Assembly: GCA_037447605.1 (NCBI GenBank)
Contig: CM074812.1
Location: 2,852,001 to 2,916,000, forward strand
Reading direction: 5' to 3'
DNA: 64,000 nucleotides
Origin: Zygnema circumcarinatum SAG 698-1b
Taxonomy: Eukaryota; Plantae; Zygnematophyceae
In this document: positions 23,640 through 45,461 of the stretch, in pieces
Position numbering within the stretch: position 1 is the stretch's first letter
Layout of the letters: each line of letters starts with the position of its first letter
Notes under the pieces: generated by a model
What the model was told of the DNA's origin: nothing
What the model saw: only the letters and a program-made list of their open reading frames with translations
Databases searched by the model: none
Made by a program: the position numbers and the translations under genes

Positions 23640-25118
23640 AAAAAAAAAATTGTAATTTTTTTTGCAGGTTTCGAACTGGACAATCAACAAGTTAAAATCC
23701 ATAAATTTGTAATGACGTGTTGGCATGCTCTTTGTCGAGTTGTCAATTCTTGTCCACCCGGTCAAGTCAAAGTATGCCACGTGGCAGCGACCGCAACAAA
23801 ATCAACGCCAGAAAATCGAATTTTTCGTCGGCAACATTCACTAAAAACAGACTGTGACAACTGTCGATAGCACGTGTACGATTCTGATTGGTCGATGGAA
23901 ATTTTGACCTCCCTCCAGGACTGCCGCCAGGTGATCCTTGTTTTTCCCGAACCCCATTTGTCGTCATTTTTAAAAATGTATACCCCATTTGAGCCCCTCT
24001 TAAATCATCATATTTGAAACTCAAACTCCATTTGCACCCCTCCAAAGTCATCATTTCTGAAACTCCAACCCCATTTGTACCCCTTTCACTTTCACTTTTT
24101 CTGTTCTCTGAATTTCCAGCTGCCCCTCCTCCGCCAGGTCAGCCCCAGCCAAGTCCGTTCCAGCTTGTCCGACCTTTTCAATGCCACCTGTCCGATTCCA
24201 AGTGGCGGGCCAGGGCACTAACCGATACACCGACATTTCTGCAATATCGGATAACTTTGTCGGTAGCTTCCACCGTACATCACTCGACACCCTTCCCAGA
24301 TTCAACCTTCAATTTACTTCCTGAGATACCACCTGCACCGACAATACCGTACAAATCCAGCAGCTTTTCCCATTCCGTGCATAGAATGGTCGTTTTACAA
24401 CCAGTTTAACTCTCAGTCAGCGCATGGAACGTCAAACTTCTGTTAAACGGAGATCATAGAATGCGTCAGCAACGCCTGGCGACCTGCCTGGATATCACAA
24501 AGTGTACGGACGGAGGGCACTGTACCGCATGTCCGTACAGGGCCTGACTCGGGTTAAATGCGCGCGGTCAGCCGGAGACGAAGAGCGCCGCCGCTGTTCT
24601 GAGGGAGAGGGAGAGGGAGTGGGAGGGAGAGAGGGAGAGGGAGGTCGAGCGGGAGAGGGAGAGGGAGTGGGAGGGAGAGAGGGAGAGGGAGGTCGAGCGG
24701 GAGAGGGAGGGAGAGAGGGAGAGAGAGGGAGAGGGAGAGGGAGAGAGAGAGAAGGACAGAGAGAGGAAGAGGGGAAGAAAGGGAGAGGGAGAGAGTGAGA
24801 GAGGCAGAGGGAGTGAGAGGGAGAGAGAGGGGGAGTGGAAGAGAGAGAGGGGCAGAGAGGGAGAGGGGGGGAGAGAAAGGGAGAGGGAGAGACAGGGAAA
24901 ACGAGGGAGGGTGAGACAGAGAGAGAGGGAGTGGGAGAGATAGAAATTGGCAGAGAGTGGAAGGGGGGAGAGAGAAAGGGAGGGGAGAGAGAGTGTGAGA
25001 GAGGCACAGGGAGTGAGAGAGGGAAATATAGCGAGAGAGAGAGTGATATAGAGTGTGTAGGATAGAGAGAGACTGATAGAGCGGAGTGAGATAGAGACAG
25101 AGAGATATAACCTCCAAG

Positions 25119-34943
<9,825 letters not shown>

Positions 34944-35028
34944 AGGGCTTTCATTTTCGCTCGAACGCTCTGTATGGGAGCTGATGGCGAGACTGAATGA
35001 CTGAATGACTGCTGAGACTATAGGGGGG

Positions 35029-35072
<44 letters not shown>

Positions 35073-35775
35073 GGTGGGAGAGAGTGATGTGGGAGAGAAG
35101 AGGATGAGAAAGGGAGGGAGAGAATAGGAGAGAGGAAGGGAGAGAGAGAGAGGGAGACGGAGGGAGGGAGAGGGGTTAAGAGGGAGAGCAGACATGGGCT
35201 GAAAAATAAGGCCCTGCACAGAGAGAGAACAGAAGAGCCCCAAATTTTTGAGACCGATTTGAAATTTTGGCCTCTCTTTCAGGCGACAGTTTGGAGGTGT
35301 GCTTTAGTCAGTTAGTTGACTTCATCGATCGTTAGTCAGTTGGTTAAATGGTTAGTTAGGTGGTGGAGTGCCTCGTGGACAGATATGTGTCGACGACCGT
35401 ACGGGAATGGGATGTAGAAACCACGAGAGGGGTATCATTTTGGGGTATAAATTTTGGGGCATAAATTGTAATTTAATTGTGACATTAATGTGATTTTTTA
35501 CTTTCGAGAAAATTGTCCACAAGTCGTCTCTCTCCCCCCCTCTCTCTCTCTGTGGTTGATCTATGAGGCGTAGGGTACAGGATTGCTCGGATTACTTTTA
35601 CTATTACTATTTCTGCTTTATTTGGCCTTAAGAGTTAGTATTTTGTTTATGGTTGATGTTATTTGAGGGGGAGAGGGAGGGGGGGGGGGGTCGTAAGTCG
35701 GCGAGGGTTAACATTAAGAATGTGTTCAGGTTTAACTTTCAAGGCAAGGACTAACGTTAACAGGGAGAGAGCGAG

Positions 35776-35844
<69 letters not shown>

Positions 35845-36314
35845 GAGAGGGAGAGAGACAGACAGACAGACTGATAGTTCGGATCAACTTGACCTTTCGG
35901 ATTCAGGAACTGCGACACAAGACCCACCTCAATTGGGTTTCAAGAAAACTCCTTCCTTTTCAATCACGTCAAATGCAAATAGATAAAGACACACAAACCG
36001 TCCACATGCAATGAACCTCCGCTGAACCCACCAAAAAAGGGGAGACAGAGTCCCCCCTAAACCGCTAAAACCACTCTATTCTGTATTACCTTACCCCCTC
36101 TATCCCTCTCTCCCTCTCTCTCTTCCTCTCAATCTCTCTCTATCCCTCTCCCTCTCCCCTATCTCTCTTTCTCTCTCGCCTTCTCCCCTCTCTCTGTCTC
36201 TCCCACTCTCTCTCTCTCTCTCTCCCTCTCTTTCTCTCTCTCCCTCCCTTCCCTCCCTCTCTTTTTAGAAAACCCTAATTTTGACCAAAAAAAAGACCTT
36301 GAGGACCTCCGAAT

Positions 36315-36867
36315 TCATCCTTCCCATAAGCTCCACTCATAAACCTTCACAGGCTCTCCCATTCGACCCAAAATTTCCTTTATTTTATTTGCATCCTCCT
36401 CGCTTTTCCCCAATATGATGCCAAACCCTCCCCCTCCCGCGCCTACCAACTTGTATCCATGACTCAACGGAGCAACGGAACGGAACAGAGCGTCTACATG
36501 TGGATTGCTACAGTTCGGATCCAGTTCTTGATGGATGTTCCATGTCTCAGTTAAGACCTGCCCAAGTTCACGGAGATTTCCCATAGCCAAAAATCGCCGT
36601 CCGATGTCTGCAAGCTTAGTGAGCCGTTCTATGGACAAAATTTGACGGACGTTCCGTTGGAGGTAACGGCGGACGACTTTCTGTAATACGTCGCGGGCGA
36701 GACGAACCTGGACGGAATACGACAAGAGAGGGAGGGAGGGAGGGGTGGAGAGAGAGGGAGGGGAGGAGGGAGGGAGGGAGAGAGAGAGAGGGAGAGAGAT
36801 AGAGGGTAGAGGGAGAGAGAAAGAGAGAGAGTGATGGGAGAGGTCGAGGGGGAGAGAGAGGTGGAGA

Positions 36868-36909
<42 letters not shown>

Positions 36910-39900
36910 TAGAGGGGGACAGATTGACGAGGGAGGGACAGGGGGACAGATAAGCGAGAGAAGGAAAGAATAGTGTGAGGGAAGGGGGGAGACAGAGGAG
37001 TTGGAAGAGAGGGAAACAGGAGGCGAGGGAGAGGAGAGGAGAGAGAGAGAGAGAGAGAGAAACAGAAAGGTTATAATCAGCAGTACGAAAGAACAATATC
37101 GAGCTAACTCTCACGTTGGCATACACATTTCCACTATTCTCTTAAGAGATTCAGAGCCCCTTCCCTCTCTCTCTCTCTCCCTCTCTCACAGTTTCCCCAT
37201 TACAAACCCAAACAAGCAAATTTTCCAGCTCTCTGAACCCTAAATCGAAAAAAAAAAAGTTCGGGTTAAGGGCACCACCTTTCCAGTAAAGACCACCACC
37301 AGCTGTGCCTCTAACGCCTCCTTTAACGAGGGCAAAAGCGGGAGCTCCTCCACCTTTAAAGTGATCGGATTGGTCGGATAACTGGAAGTGCATTTAATGC
37401 CCGGAAAAAGACCCCCCACTTGGTCTTGCCACCCCCCTCCCGTTCCCATTTTTTGCTCCAATAAAAGCACCAAATTGCTCACAAGCGAATTTTCCACACA
37501 TGGAACGGCGGCTCCGTTTGCAGTTCCGTTTGCAGTTCCGTTCGGTTCTCCGTTGGAGTCTTTTTGTCGTATGCGGATGAGAAGAAGAGCTTTGACGAGA
37601 GCGGCTGCGAGAATGCTGGAAGTGCCCAAACCGCTGCCACGTGGCACGTGGGCCCACGTCTCGATCTCGAGGCCCCATCCGACGGCTGAGATCGCGCCAC
37701 CTGGCGGGGGAGGCGGTGGGGCCCACCGCCACGTGGCACCGGCGAAGCCCGTGACGAGGAGGGCGGCTTTGACGAGGCAGAAGGGGTCCTCCGTGGAGAG
37801 GTGTTCGGATAGTGTGAACGGGTCAGAAATAGTCTGAACGTTGCCGGAGTCGTCTTTCATGCGGATGCCTGCGGGAGGGAGAAGGGGGGGGGGGAAGAGA
37901 GAGGAAAGCGACAGAGGGGGGGATATAGGGAGGTGCAGAGAAGAGAGAGAGAGGAGAGAGAGGAGAGAGAGGAGAGGCGAGAGGAGAGAGAGAAGGGGAG
38001 GGAGAGAGAGGAAAGCGACAGTGGGGGAGATGCAGAGAGGTGCAGAGAGAGAGAGGAGAGAGTGGAGAGGCGAGAGGAGAGAGGAGAGAGAGCGGGGGAA
38101 GAGAGAGTGAAGAAAGTGAAAGTGGGGGAGATACAGAGAGGTGCAGAGAGAGAAAAAGAGAGGAAAGTTGAGAGGAGAAAGAGAAGGGGGGAGAGAGAGG
38201 AAAGCGACAGAGGGGGAGATACAGAGGTGAAGAGCGAGAGGGGAGAGAGGAGAGGAGAGAGAGCGGGAGGGGAGAACGAGAGGAAAGCGAAAGTGGGGGA
38301 GATACAGGGAGGTTCAGGAAGAGAGAGAGGAGAGAGAGGAGAGGGGAGAGGAGAGAGAGAGAAGGAAAGAGAGGGAGAGAGGGGGGAAGCGGAGGCGGCA
38401 GGCATTCAGAAAGGGGCAACGGGAAAGACTCCGGACGGGGGGGGGGGGAAGGCAAGAACTCATTGACTTAGAGAGGTTCAACTGAGACTTGTTCTATGTA
38501 GAAACTAAATTAAACCCCGATCTCCTATCTACTGAGAGGGCTTCTACTCCACAGTACATATGAAAGAGAAAAGCATTAAAAGAAAAAAAAAAAAAAATGG
38601 ATGTTCGTATAGGATGATGTTGACACATGCCCTTCCAATACCACCCCACCTCCTACCCCCTTCCCTTTTTCATCTCCGACCCTTGCACACAGGACAATAG
38701 TAAAAGATACAAAAATGAAAAAAGAACAAACAAACCTGAAACAACGTAAAAACAAAGAAGAGAATAGACATGGAGACAATGACACAGATATAAAAACATG
38801 GACACATGGAACACCCCCACCCCTCCTTCCCCTTCCCCTCTCTCCCCCTCTCCCCATCCCCCCNNNNNNNNNNAGGGAGAGGGAGGGGGAGAAGGAGGGG
38901 GAGAGGGAGAGGGGGTGGGAGTGGGTTGGATTGGATTGGGTTGGGTTCACCTGGAAGGGATGGTGGGAGGGAGGGAGGGAGGGAAGGGGTGGAAAACCGA
39001 AAACCCAAAACCTAAAACCCGAAACCCCAAATCCAAAACCTCCAAAATCCCAAAAACCCTAAAACCAGAAACCTCCGAAAAACCCAAAAGTACAAAAACC
39101 CAAAGCCCAAGCCCTAAACTCTACACTTTAAACCTTAAAAATCCCAAAAACTCAAAAACCAAAAACCAAAATTTCGAATTCTAGCANNNNNNNNNNCCCC
39201 CCCCCTTTAAAAAAAAAAAAAAAAGCCGGAAAAAAAACTGACCAGGTAGCACGAAACCCATTTTTTTTTGTCCAATCGCTTCGGCCGTCTCCTCTCCCAC
39301 CGCCTGCCAGATGGCGTCCTCCAGTGCTGCCACGTCAGCAGTCGTGTGGTCCCCACCGCCAGCGTGGCACAGATCCATCATGACCTGCAGAACTCGGCTC
39401 CGCGGAATTCCCAGCCAATCGCGTTCCGCCACGTGGCGCCCCGTTTGGTTTCCCTCAACGGCCGTCCGTAAAACGGACAAAAACGGAGCTCCGTTGTGAC
39501 CAACGGAACTGACCCCGTTTCCATGTGCAAAAGCAAAATTTTGGGCCAATTTTTCGCAGACCTCCTTCCCCTCTGCTTCTCCTCTCTGTAAGAGAAGTCC
39601 GGTCAGGTCCGAAAAGTTTCGAGCCAGCCCGCCGACTTCTATACTCATTTTTGCCATTTTTTCTGCCACGTCAGCACGTCGCTGACTCAGCGTTCTGTCG
39701 AGAGTGGGAAAATCGATCAAAGCGTGAATTTCTGAGAGAGAAAATCTCTTGAGATTGCGCCACTTGGCGGCCTCTGATTGGAGCTCCTCTTCCTCGGATC
39801 CGCCACGTGGCAAGCTCCCCATAAGCCACATGGCAGTTTTTAGACCCTCCAAAGGGGAGGAAACTATCGGAAAAAGTTGAGCATGCCATAAATTATGGGG

Positions 39901-41042
39901 AGTTGACTTTATCGAATTACTCTGTTGGGGTATCCTTAAATCATTGTTTCTCCCATTTTCCATTTTTTCATTCATAGAATTTGGCCAAATTTCCTCCTTT
40001 TCTATGCCTCTCTCATATAGCCAGGTCGCCCATGGTTTCCCACAGAAGGTCCCCCCTTTCGCGGAAGCTTCCTTTGGGTTGTCTTCTACTCCGCAGCAAA
40101 GTATAGCTTCTTTGTTGTTAAGAATCGGTACTCCCCAAAGACAGGAATGATCCGGGACCACAAGAGCCAATCCTGAAGCGCCACGTGGCATGACACGTGG
40201 CGTGGTGGGAGAGGCTGAGGAGGTATCGATTCCGATGAGGATGCTTCTGTTTCCGATCCGTACGCCTCCACTGAGAACGGAACTGAAGATCATGGAACCT
40301 TCTCCCACGCTGCACCCGTTCCGTACTTCGCTTTCTACAAGGGTGGCGGAGGGTGCCACGTGGCAGTCTGTAGAGGAGGCGGAGATGCTGAGGTGGCGCC
40401 GCGCCATTCGTCCGTTGTAGGAGGAAGAGAAGTGGTCGAGAATTTCAGTTGACGTTCCGAAATGCAAAAATTTCAGTTCCGCTGTCACAGTTAAGGGGAG
40501 GATATATGGAAGATTTAGCAGTTTTAGGGTTTGACAGACATTGGCTTGAGAGGACTTGTCTTGGTTGACAGGGGGGAGAGAGAGGGAGGGAAAGGGAGAG
40601 GGAGAGAGGGAGGAAGTGAGGAAGGGAGAGGGGCAGAGAGAGAGGGAGGGGAAGAGAGGAAGAGAGGAGGGGAGAGCGAGAGAGGGAGAGAGGGAGAGAG
40701 GGAGAGTGAGAGCAAGAGAGAGAGTGAGAGAAAGGGAGAGTGAGAGAGGAAGAGAGAGAGTGAGAGAGCAAGAGAGAGAGGGAGAGTGAGAGCACAAGAG
40801 AGAGGGAGAGGGAGAGAGAGCAAGAGAGAGGGAAAGGAAGAGTGAGAGACCAAGAGAGTGAGTGAGAGAGCGTGAGAGAGTAAGAGAGAGGCAGAAGGAG
40901 AGAGAGCGAGAGAGAGAGTGAGAGAGCAAGCGAGAGAGAGAGAGGGTGAGTGCGAGAGCAAGAGAGAGGGAGTGGGAGAGTGGGAGAGCAAGAGAGAGAG
41001 AGAGAAAGAGGGAGAAAGCAAGAGAGAGGGAGAGGGAGAGAG

Positions 41043-41078
<36 letters not shown>

Positions 41079-42193
41079 TACGCGCCACGTGGTGGTAGAG
41101 GCGGCGTCCTTTGAGTGCCGCAATGAGCCTCCCCCCGAGAGGGCGCGCTGCCAGCCAGGCGTGACGTGACGGGACCAAGGCGCCCGCCAGCTCCTCGTAT
41201 AGACTCATCTGGGGGGGGAGAGAGAGAGAGGGAGAGAGGGAGGGAGAGAGAGAGAATGGGGGGGGGAGAGGGAATGGGAGGAGAGACGGTGAGAGGGAGG
41301 AGAAGGGGCGAGAGAGACACCGAGAGAGAGAGGGAGAGAGAGAGAATGGGGGGGGGAGAGGGAATGGGAGGAGAGACGGTGAGAGGGAGGAGAAGGGGCG
41401 AGAGAGACACCGAGAGAGAGAGAGGGAGAGAGAGAGAATGGGGGGAGAGGGAATGGGAGGAGAGACGGTGAGAGGGAGGAGAAGGGGCGAGAGAGACACC
41501 GAGAGAGAGAGGGAGAGAGAGAGAATGGGGGGGGGAGAGGGAATGGGAGGAGAGACGGCGAGAGGGAGGAGAAGGGGCGAGAGAGACACCGAGAGAGAGA
41601 GGGAGAGAGAGAGAATGGGGGGGGGAGAGGGAATGGGAGGAGAGACGGTGAGAGGGAGGAGAAGGGGCGAGAGAGACACCGAGAGAGAGAGGGAGAGAGA
41701 GAGAATGGGGGGGGGAGAGGGAATGGGAGGAGAGACGGTGAGAGGGAGGAGAAGGGGCGAGAGAGACACCGAGAGAGAGAGGGAGAGAGAGAGAATGGGG
41801 GGGGGAGAGGGAATGGGAGGAGAGACGGTGAGAGGGAGGAGAAGGGGCGAGAGAGACACCGAGAGAGAGAGAGGGAAAGAGAGAGAACGGGGTGGAGAGA
41901 GGGCGAGAGAAAGCGGCAGGGGAAAGAGCGACCGCGAGAGAGAGAGAGAGCGAACGAGGGGGGGAAGAGAGAATGGGGGGAGAGAGAGAGAGAGAGCGGC
42001 AGGGGAGAGGGAGACCGAGGGAGAAGATAGAGACAGAGAAATCGGAGGGAAAGAACGGGCGGGAACGAGAATGAGGGGAGGGAGAGAGAGAACAGGGGGG
42101 AGTGAGACATTGCACTTGAGGAAGTGAGGGAGAGAATGGGGGGAGAGAGCGAGAGAACAGCGGGAGAGAGAGGCACAGAGAGAGAGAGTGAAC

Positions 42194-42229
<36 letters not shown>

Positions 42230-43327
42230 AAGAAGGCTAGGCTAGGGCTCTATGAGCTTTACCTCCTCCTTTGTCTCCAGGAGTTCCTCCAAAGGATTTG
42301 GCTCCGAAACCGCGAGTCCAATCAGATCGTGCCACGTGGCTCCCCGCATAGCAAAGATCCCCGTGTCCAGGAGCGCTGCTCCGTTCCCCACAACGGCTCC
42401 ATGTTGGACCATTTCCGTTACCGTTGGCTTCTGTAGCAAGCCAGCGACCAATGGGACGCTGCCACCTGGCGGCAGACCCCCATCCAGTATCACTCCGTGA
42501 CGTGACGCGACATCTAAAGCTGACGGAACGGTAACTACAACGGCTCCGTTTTCTGGAACTGACATGGAACCGGAGTCGAAGCAGGCGAGAACATCTCCCG
42601 TCATGATGAGGAGGCCACCTGGCAGCCCCCCATTGGCTAAAATTTCAATTTTTTTAGGAATAAAACTTTTTCACTCCTCCGAAATTGAAAGTTTTGTTGA
42701 ATATAAAGCAGTCTGAGCTGAAGGTGAAATTCTTTTCGAAAAAAGGACCTTAAGGATTGTTAAAGATTCATGATTTTTCAAAAAAATGGGGGTTTCAGGG
42801 AGTTTGAAGGTAAAGTATATGCAGGAAAAATACATGTATAAATTAATATACGGGATAGCCTTTGTAGGGTAGAGTAAGGTATAAATTAAAAACTCTAATA
42901 GTATTTTTGAAATATCTTTACATGCTTTTTCTTAAGTTTTGTCTCTCTCCCTCCCTCCCGCCTCCTCCCCCCCTCACCCCTCTCCCTCTCTTGCCCTCCC
43001 CTCCGCCTCCCCCTGCCCTCTCCCTCCCACTTCTCTCTCTCTCTCCCGCTCTCTCCCTATCCGCCAAACTTTTCTCTCCCTCCTCCCTCCCTTCCCCCCT
43101 CTCCTCGCCGTCCCTCACTTCCTCCCGCTCTCCCCTCCTGCTCCCCACTCCCCCTATCCCTCTCCCCCTCCTCCTCCCACTCTCCCTCTCCCTCTTCTTC
43201 TCCCTCTCCCTCTCCCTCTCCCAATCTCGCTCTCCCCCCCTCTCTCTCCCTCTCTTTCTCTCTGCCTCTCCCTCTTCCTCTCTCTCTATCCCGCTCTCTC
43301 TCCCTCTTTCTCTCTCTACTCTCTCTC

Positions 43328-43375
<48 letters not shown>

Positions 43376-44401
43376 TCCCAATGCATCGACCACCGGCGCC
43401 GAAACTGCCAAAATGTGATCGAAGAGAGTGCCCGCCGCGCTGTCGGGGTCCTCCGTTCCGAGCAACGGAAACGGAATGAACGGTTTTCCGAACGGATTGG
43501 CCCATGGAACGCGCTTGGAGTCGCCGCCCGCGTGAATGAGGAGGACCTTCTGCCGCGCAATGTCCTTCACAAAAATCAAAAATTCGATTAAACAAAAACG
43601 TTAATTGAATGAATAGATAAAGCATTTAAATACCCTAACCCTAACACTAACCCTAACCCTGTTGAAGAAGTATTATGAATTTAAAGGTGGGGAATAAATG
43701 TACCGGAAAAAGTTTTGCAGCTGCCCGAATTGCGCCGAGCGTGGCTCCCCCGGAGCCAATCCGGAGGCCCTCGGGATCCGGAACGGCCAAAGTGACAGAG
43801 AACGCCGAAATGCGGCCGTTCCGTTTGGCGGACTGCAACTGCCTGCCGCACATAGAAATGCCATACACGGGAAAATGGGAAAAACACAGAGAGACAGAGG
43901 AATGGAGGGAGGGAGAAAGAGAGGGATCGGGGGGGGAGACGGGAGGAAGAATGGAGAACGTCCAGAGAGAGGGAGAGAGAGAGAGAGAGCGAGAATAAGA
44001 GAGGAAGAGTGAGAGAAAGAGGGGGGAAGAGAGACAGGGTGAAAAAGAGTGAAAGCGAGCGAGAGTTAGAGTGAGAGAGAGAGGTGTGGGGAGAGAGAGC
44101 GGGGGGGAGAGAAAGAGAGAAGGGCGGAGAGAGAGAGGAGAGGAAAGAGAGGGGAGAGAGGGCGGGCAGAGAGAAAGAGAGAGAGAGAGGGGATGACAGA
44201 GAGAGAGTACCCGGCATAAAGCTCCGCCTGCGCGGAACTCGCCGCTGTGAGCACGACGGCATCCCACGTGGCAGCGCGCTGCGGGGCCTGCACAGCGACA
44301 CGCAGGCGGCGCCACGTGTCCGCCAGCAGATCCGCCAGCTGTCCACTCTCCCCGGCAGCCATGCCCCCCCCCCTCCCCTTCCTCAGGCGAGCGCTCGCCA
44401 T
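36315..44401 (-). CDS. FKGP: Bifunctional L-fucokinase / GDP-L-fucose pyrophosphorylase
   Basis: Exons (minus strand): 44401-44211 (alternative ATG 44362), 43842-43704, 43564-43372, 42618-42263, 41208-41082, 40481-39243, [an exon probably in gap 38864-38873], 37868-37279, 36707-36315. Motifs matching plant FKGP: TWDAVVLTAAS, VPDPEGLRIGSGGATL, HAGGDSKRVPWANP, FLHFGTS, VPRGSGLGTSSILA, MGTGGGWQDQ, KLVGAGGGGF, VKVYEWS. Confidence 0.95.
41250..41875. repeat. About 90-bp GA-rich minisatellite, about 7 copies, in an FKGP intron
   Basis: Unit GGGGGGGAGAGGGAATGGGAGGAGAGACGGTGAGAGGGAGGAGAAGGGGCG... recurs every about 90 nt. Confidence 0.9.
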
Positions 44402-44402
44402 T

Positions 44403-44427
44403 TTTAGGGTTAGGGTTAGGGTTAGGG
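44403..44427 (-). promoter_or_regulatory. Telo-box-like (TTAGGG)4 tract abutting the FKGP start
   Basis: Reads CCCTAACCCTAACCCTAACCCTAAAAATG on the FKGP sense strand. Confidence 0.55.
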
Positions 44428-44641
44428 CCAGGGGGAAGGCCGGGTTCTATGCGGGACTGGAAGTTCCAGTTTCAATTCTAGTCAAGCACAATTTTGAATT
44501 TCTCTCTGACCAGTCTCAGTTCTACTGCAGTTACAGTTAGTGTTACTACAACGTCAATTTTTCACACATGAAAAAGCGCCACGTGTACATTTCAAACACG
44601 TCGCAGGCTTCCATTGGCTCTTCAATTTTCCAAATTTAATA

Positions 44642-44841
44642 GGGGGAGTCAGACCTTGACCATCGCCAAATCAATTTCGTAAGCCTGTCGGGCGAATTCA
44701 GCATTGGCTAGGTACGCATTTCGGTACGGCTGTGTACGGCGGAGCCGCGGATCCAGACCCGGAACCCGTACATGAAAGATGTGACTTTTAGTATAAGGAA
44801 TTCGGGAATTTCGTAAGCGATGGTCAAGGTCTGACTCCCCC
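44642..44841. mobile_element. 200-bp MITE in the FKGP/F-box divergent promoter
   Basis: 25-bp perfect TIR GGGGGAGTCAGACCTTGACCATCGC / GCGATGGTCAAGGTCTGACTCCCCC, flanked by TA on both sides. Confidence 0.85.
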
Positions 44842-44964
44842 TAATATCTACGCAAGATTGCTAACTACTTGAACACGAAATATGTCACCACGTGGCACCT
44901 TCACGTGCTAGAGCTTCCTGCAAAAAATGTAGGATGATAGCTAATCAGAGTTAGCCACGAGTCC

Positions 44965-45340
44965 AAAATATCTGCCGTGGCAGACCCTGAATGATTGAAA
45001 CCAGTGACGTGTCGAAGAAAATCTGACGTGGCAGACCCTGATCAGCCCAGACAAGTGACATGTCACGAAAAGCTGGCGTGGCAAGCCCTGATTGGCTGAT
45101 TTTAGTGACGTCATTAAATAAACCAACGTGGCGATCTCTGATTAGCGAAACCAGCGGCATGTATTAAGGGGACCCCGCCGGCGGCCCTTCTCTTCTCTTC
45201 GGCCCAAAAGCCCTTGGAGGCCCTTGCCAATCAGAACTCCCCTTGTGTCCAATAAATCCGACGTGGCAATACCTGAGTGGCTGGACCCAGTGCGATTATG
45301 TCAAAAATCTGACGTGGCACGACCTGATTAGCTAGACCAG
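44965..45340. repeat. About 50-bp degenerate tandem repeat carrying CGTGGC (ABRE/G-box-like core)
   Basis: CGTGGC starts at 44976, 45027, 45077, 45127, 45262 and 45313 (spacings 51, 50, 50, 135, 51), each within a shared AAA-TCTGACGTGGCAGACCCTGA-like context. Confidence 0.8.
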
Positions 45341-45461
45341 CGGCATGCATGCAAGGACTAGCCAGCGGCCCTTCCCTGCCCTTCGGCCCAAAAGCTGTGC
45401 CATCCGCTTTGCCGCCGCCTCTTTCCTTCTCCCACAACTTTTAGGGTTTTGCTCCGCCAAC

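Noticed and set aside
24051-24305. 84-aa minus-strand ORF upstream of the NIDO gene
   Set aside because: No recognisable motif or supportable splice model.
37869-39242. FKGP as a pseudogene because the kinase N-terminal motif (VELPVRVDFVGGWSDTPP in plant orthologs) is missing
   Set aside because: Two N gaps (38864-38873, 39187-39196) lie exactly here, and all visible exons are intact and phase-consistent.
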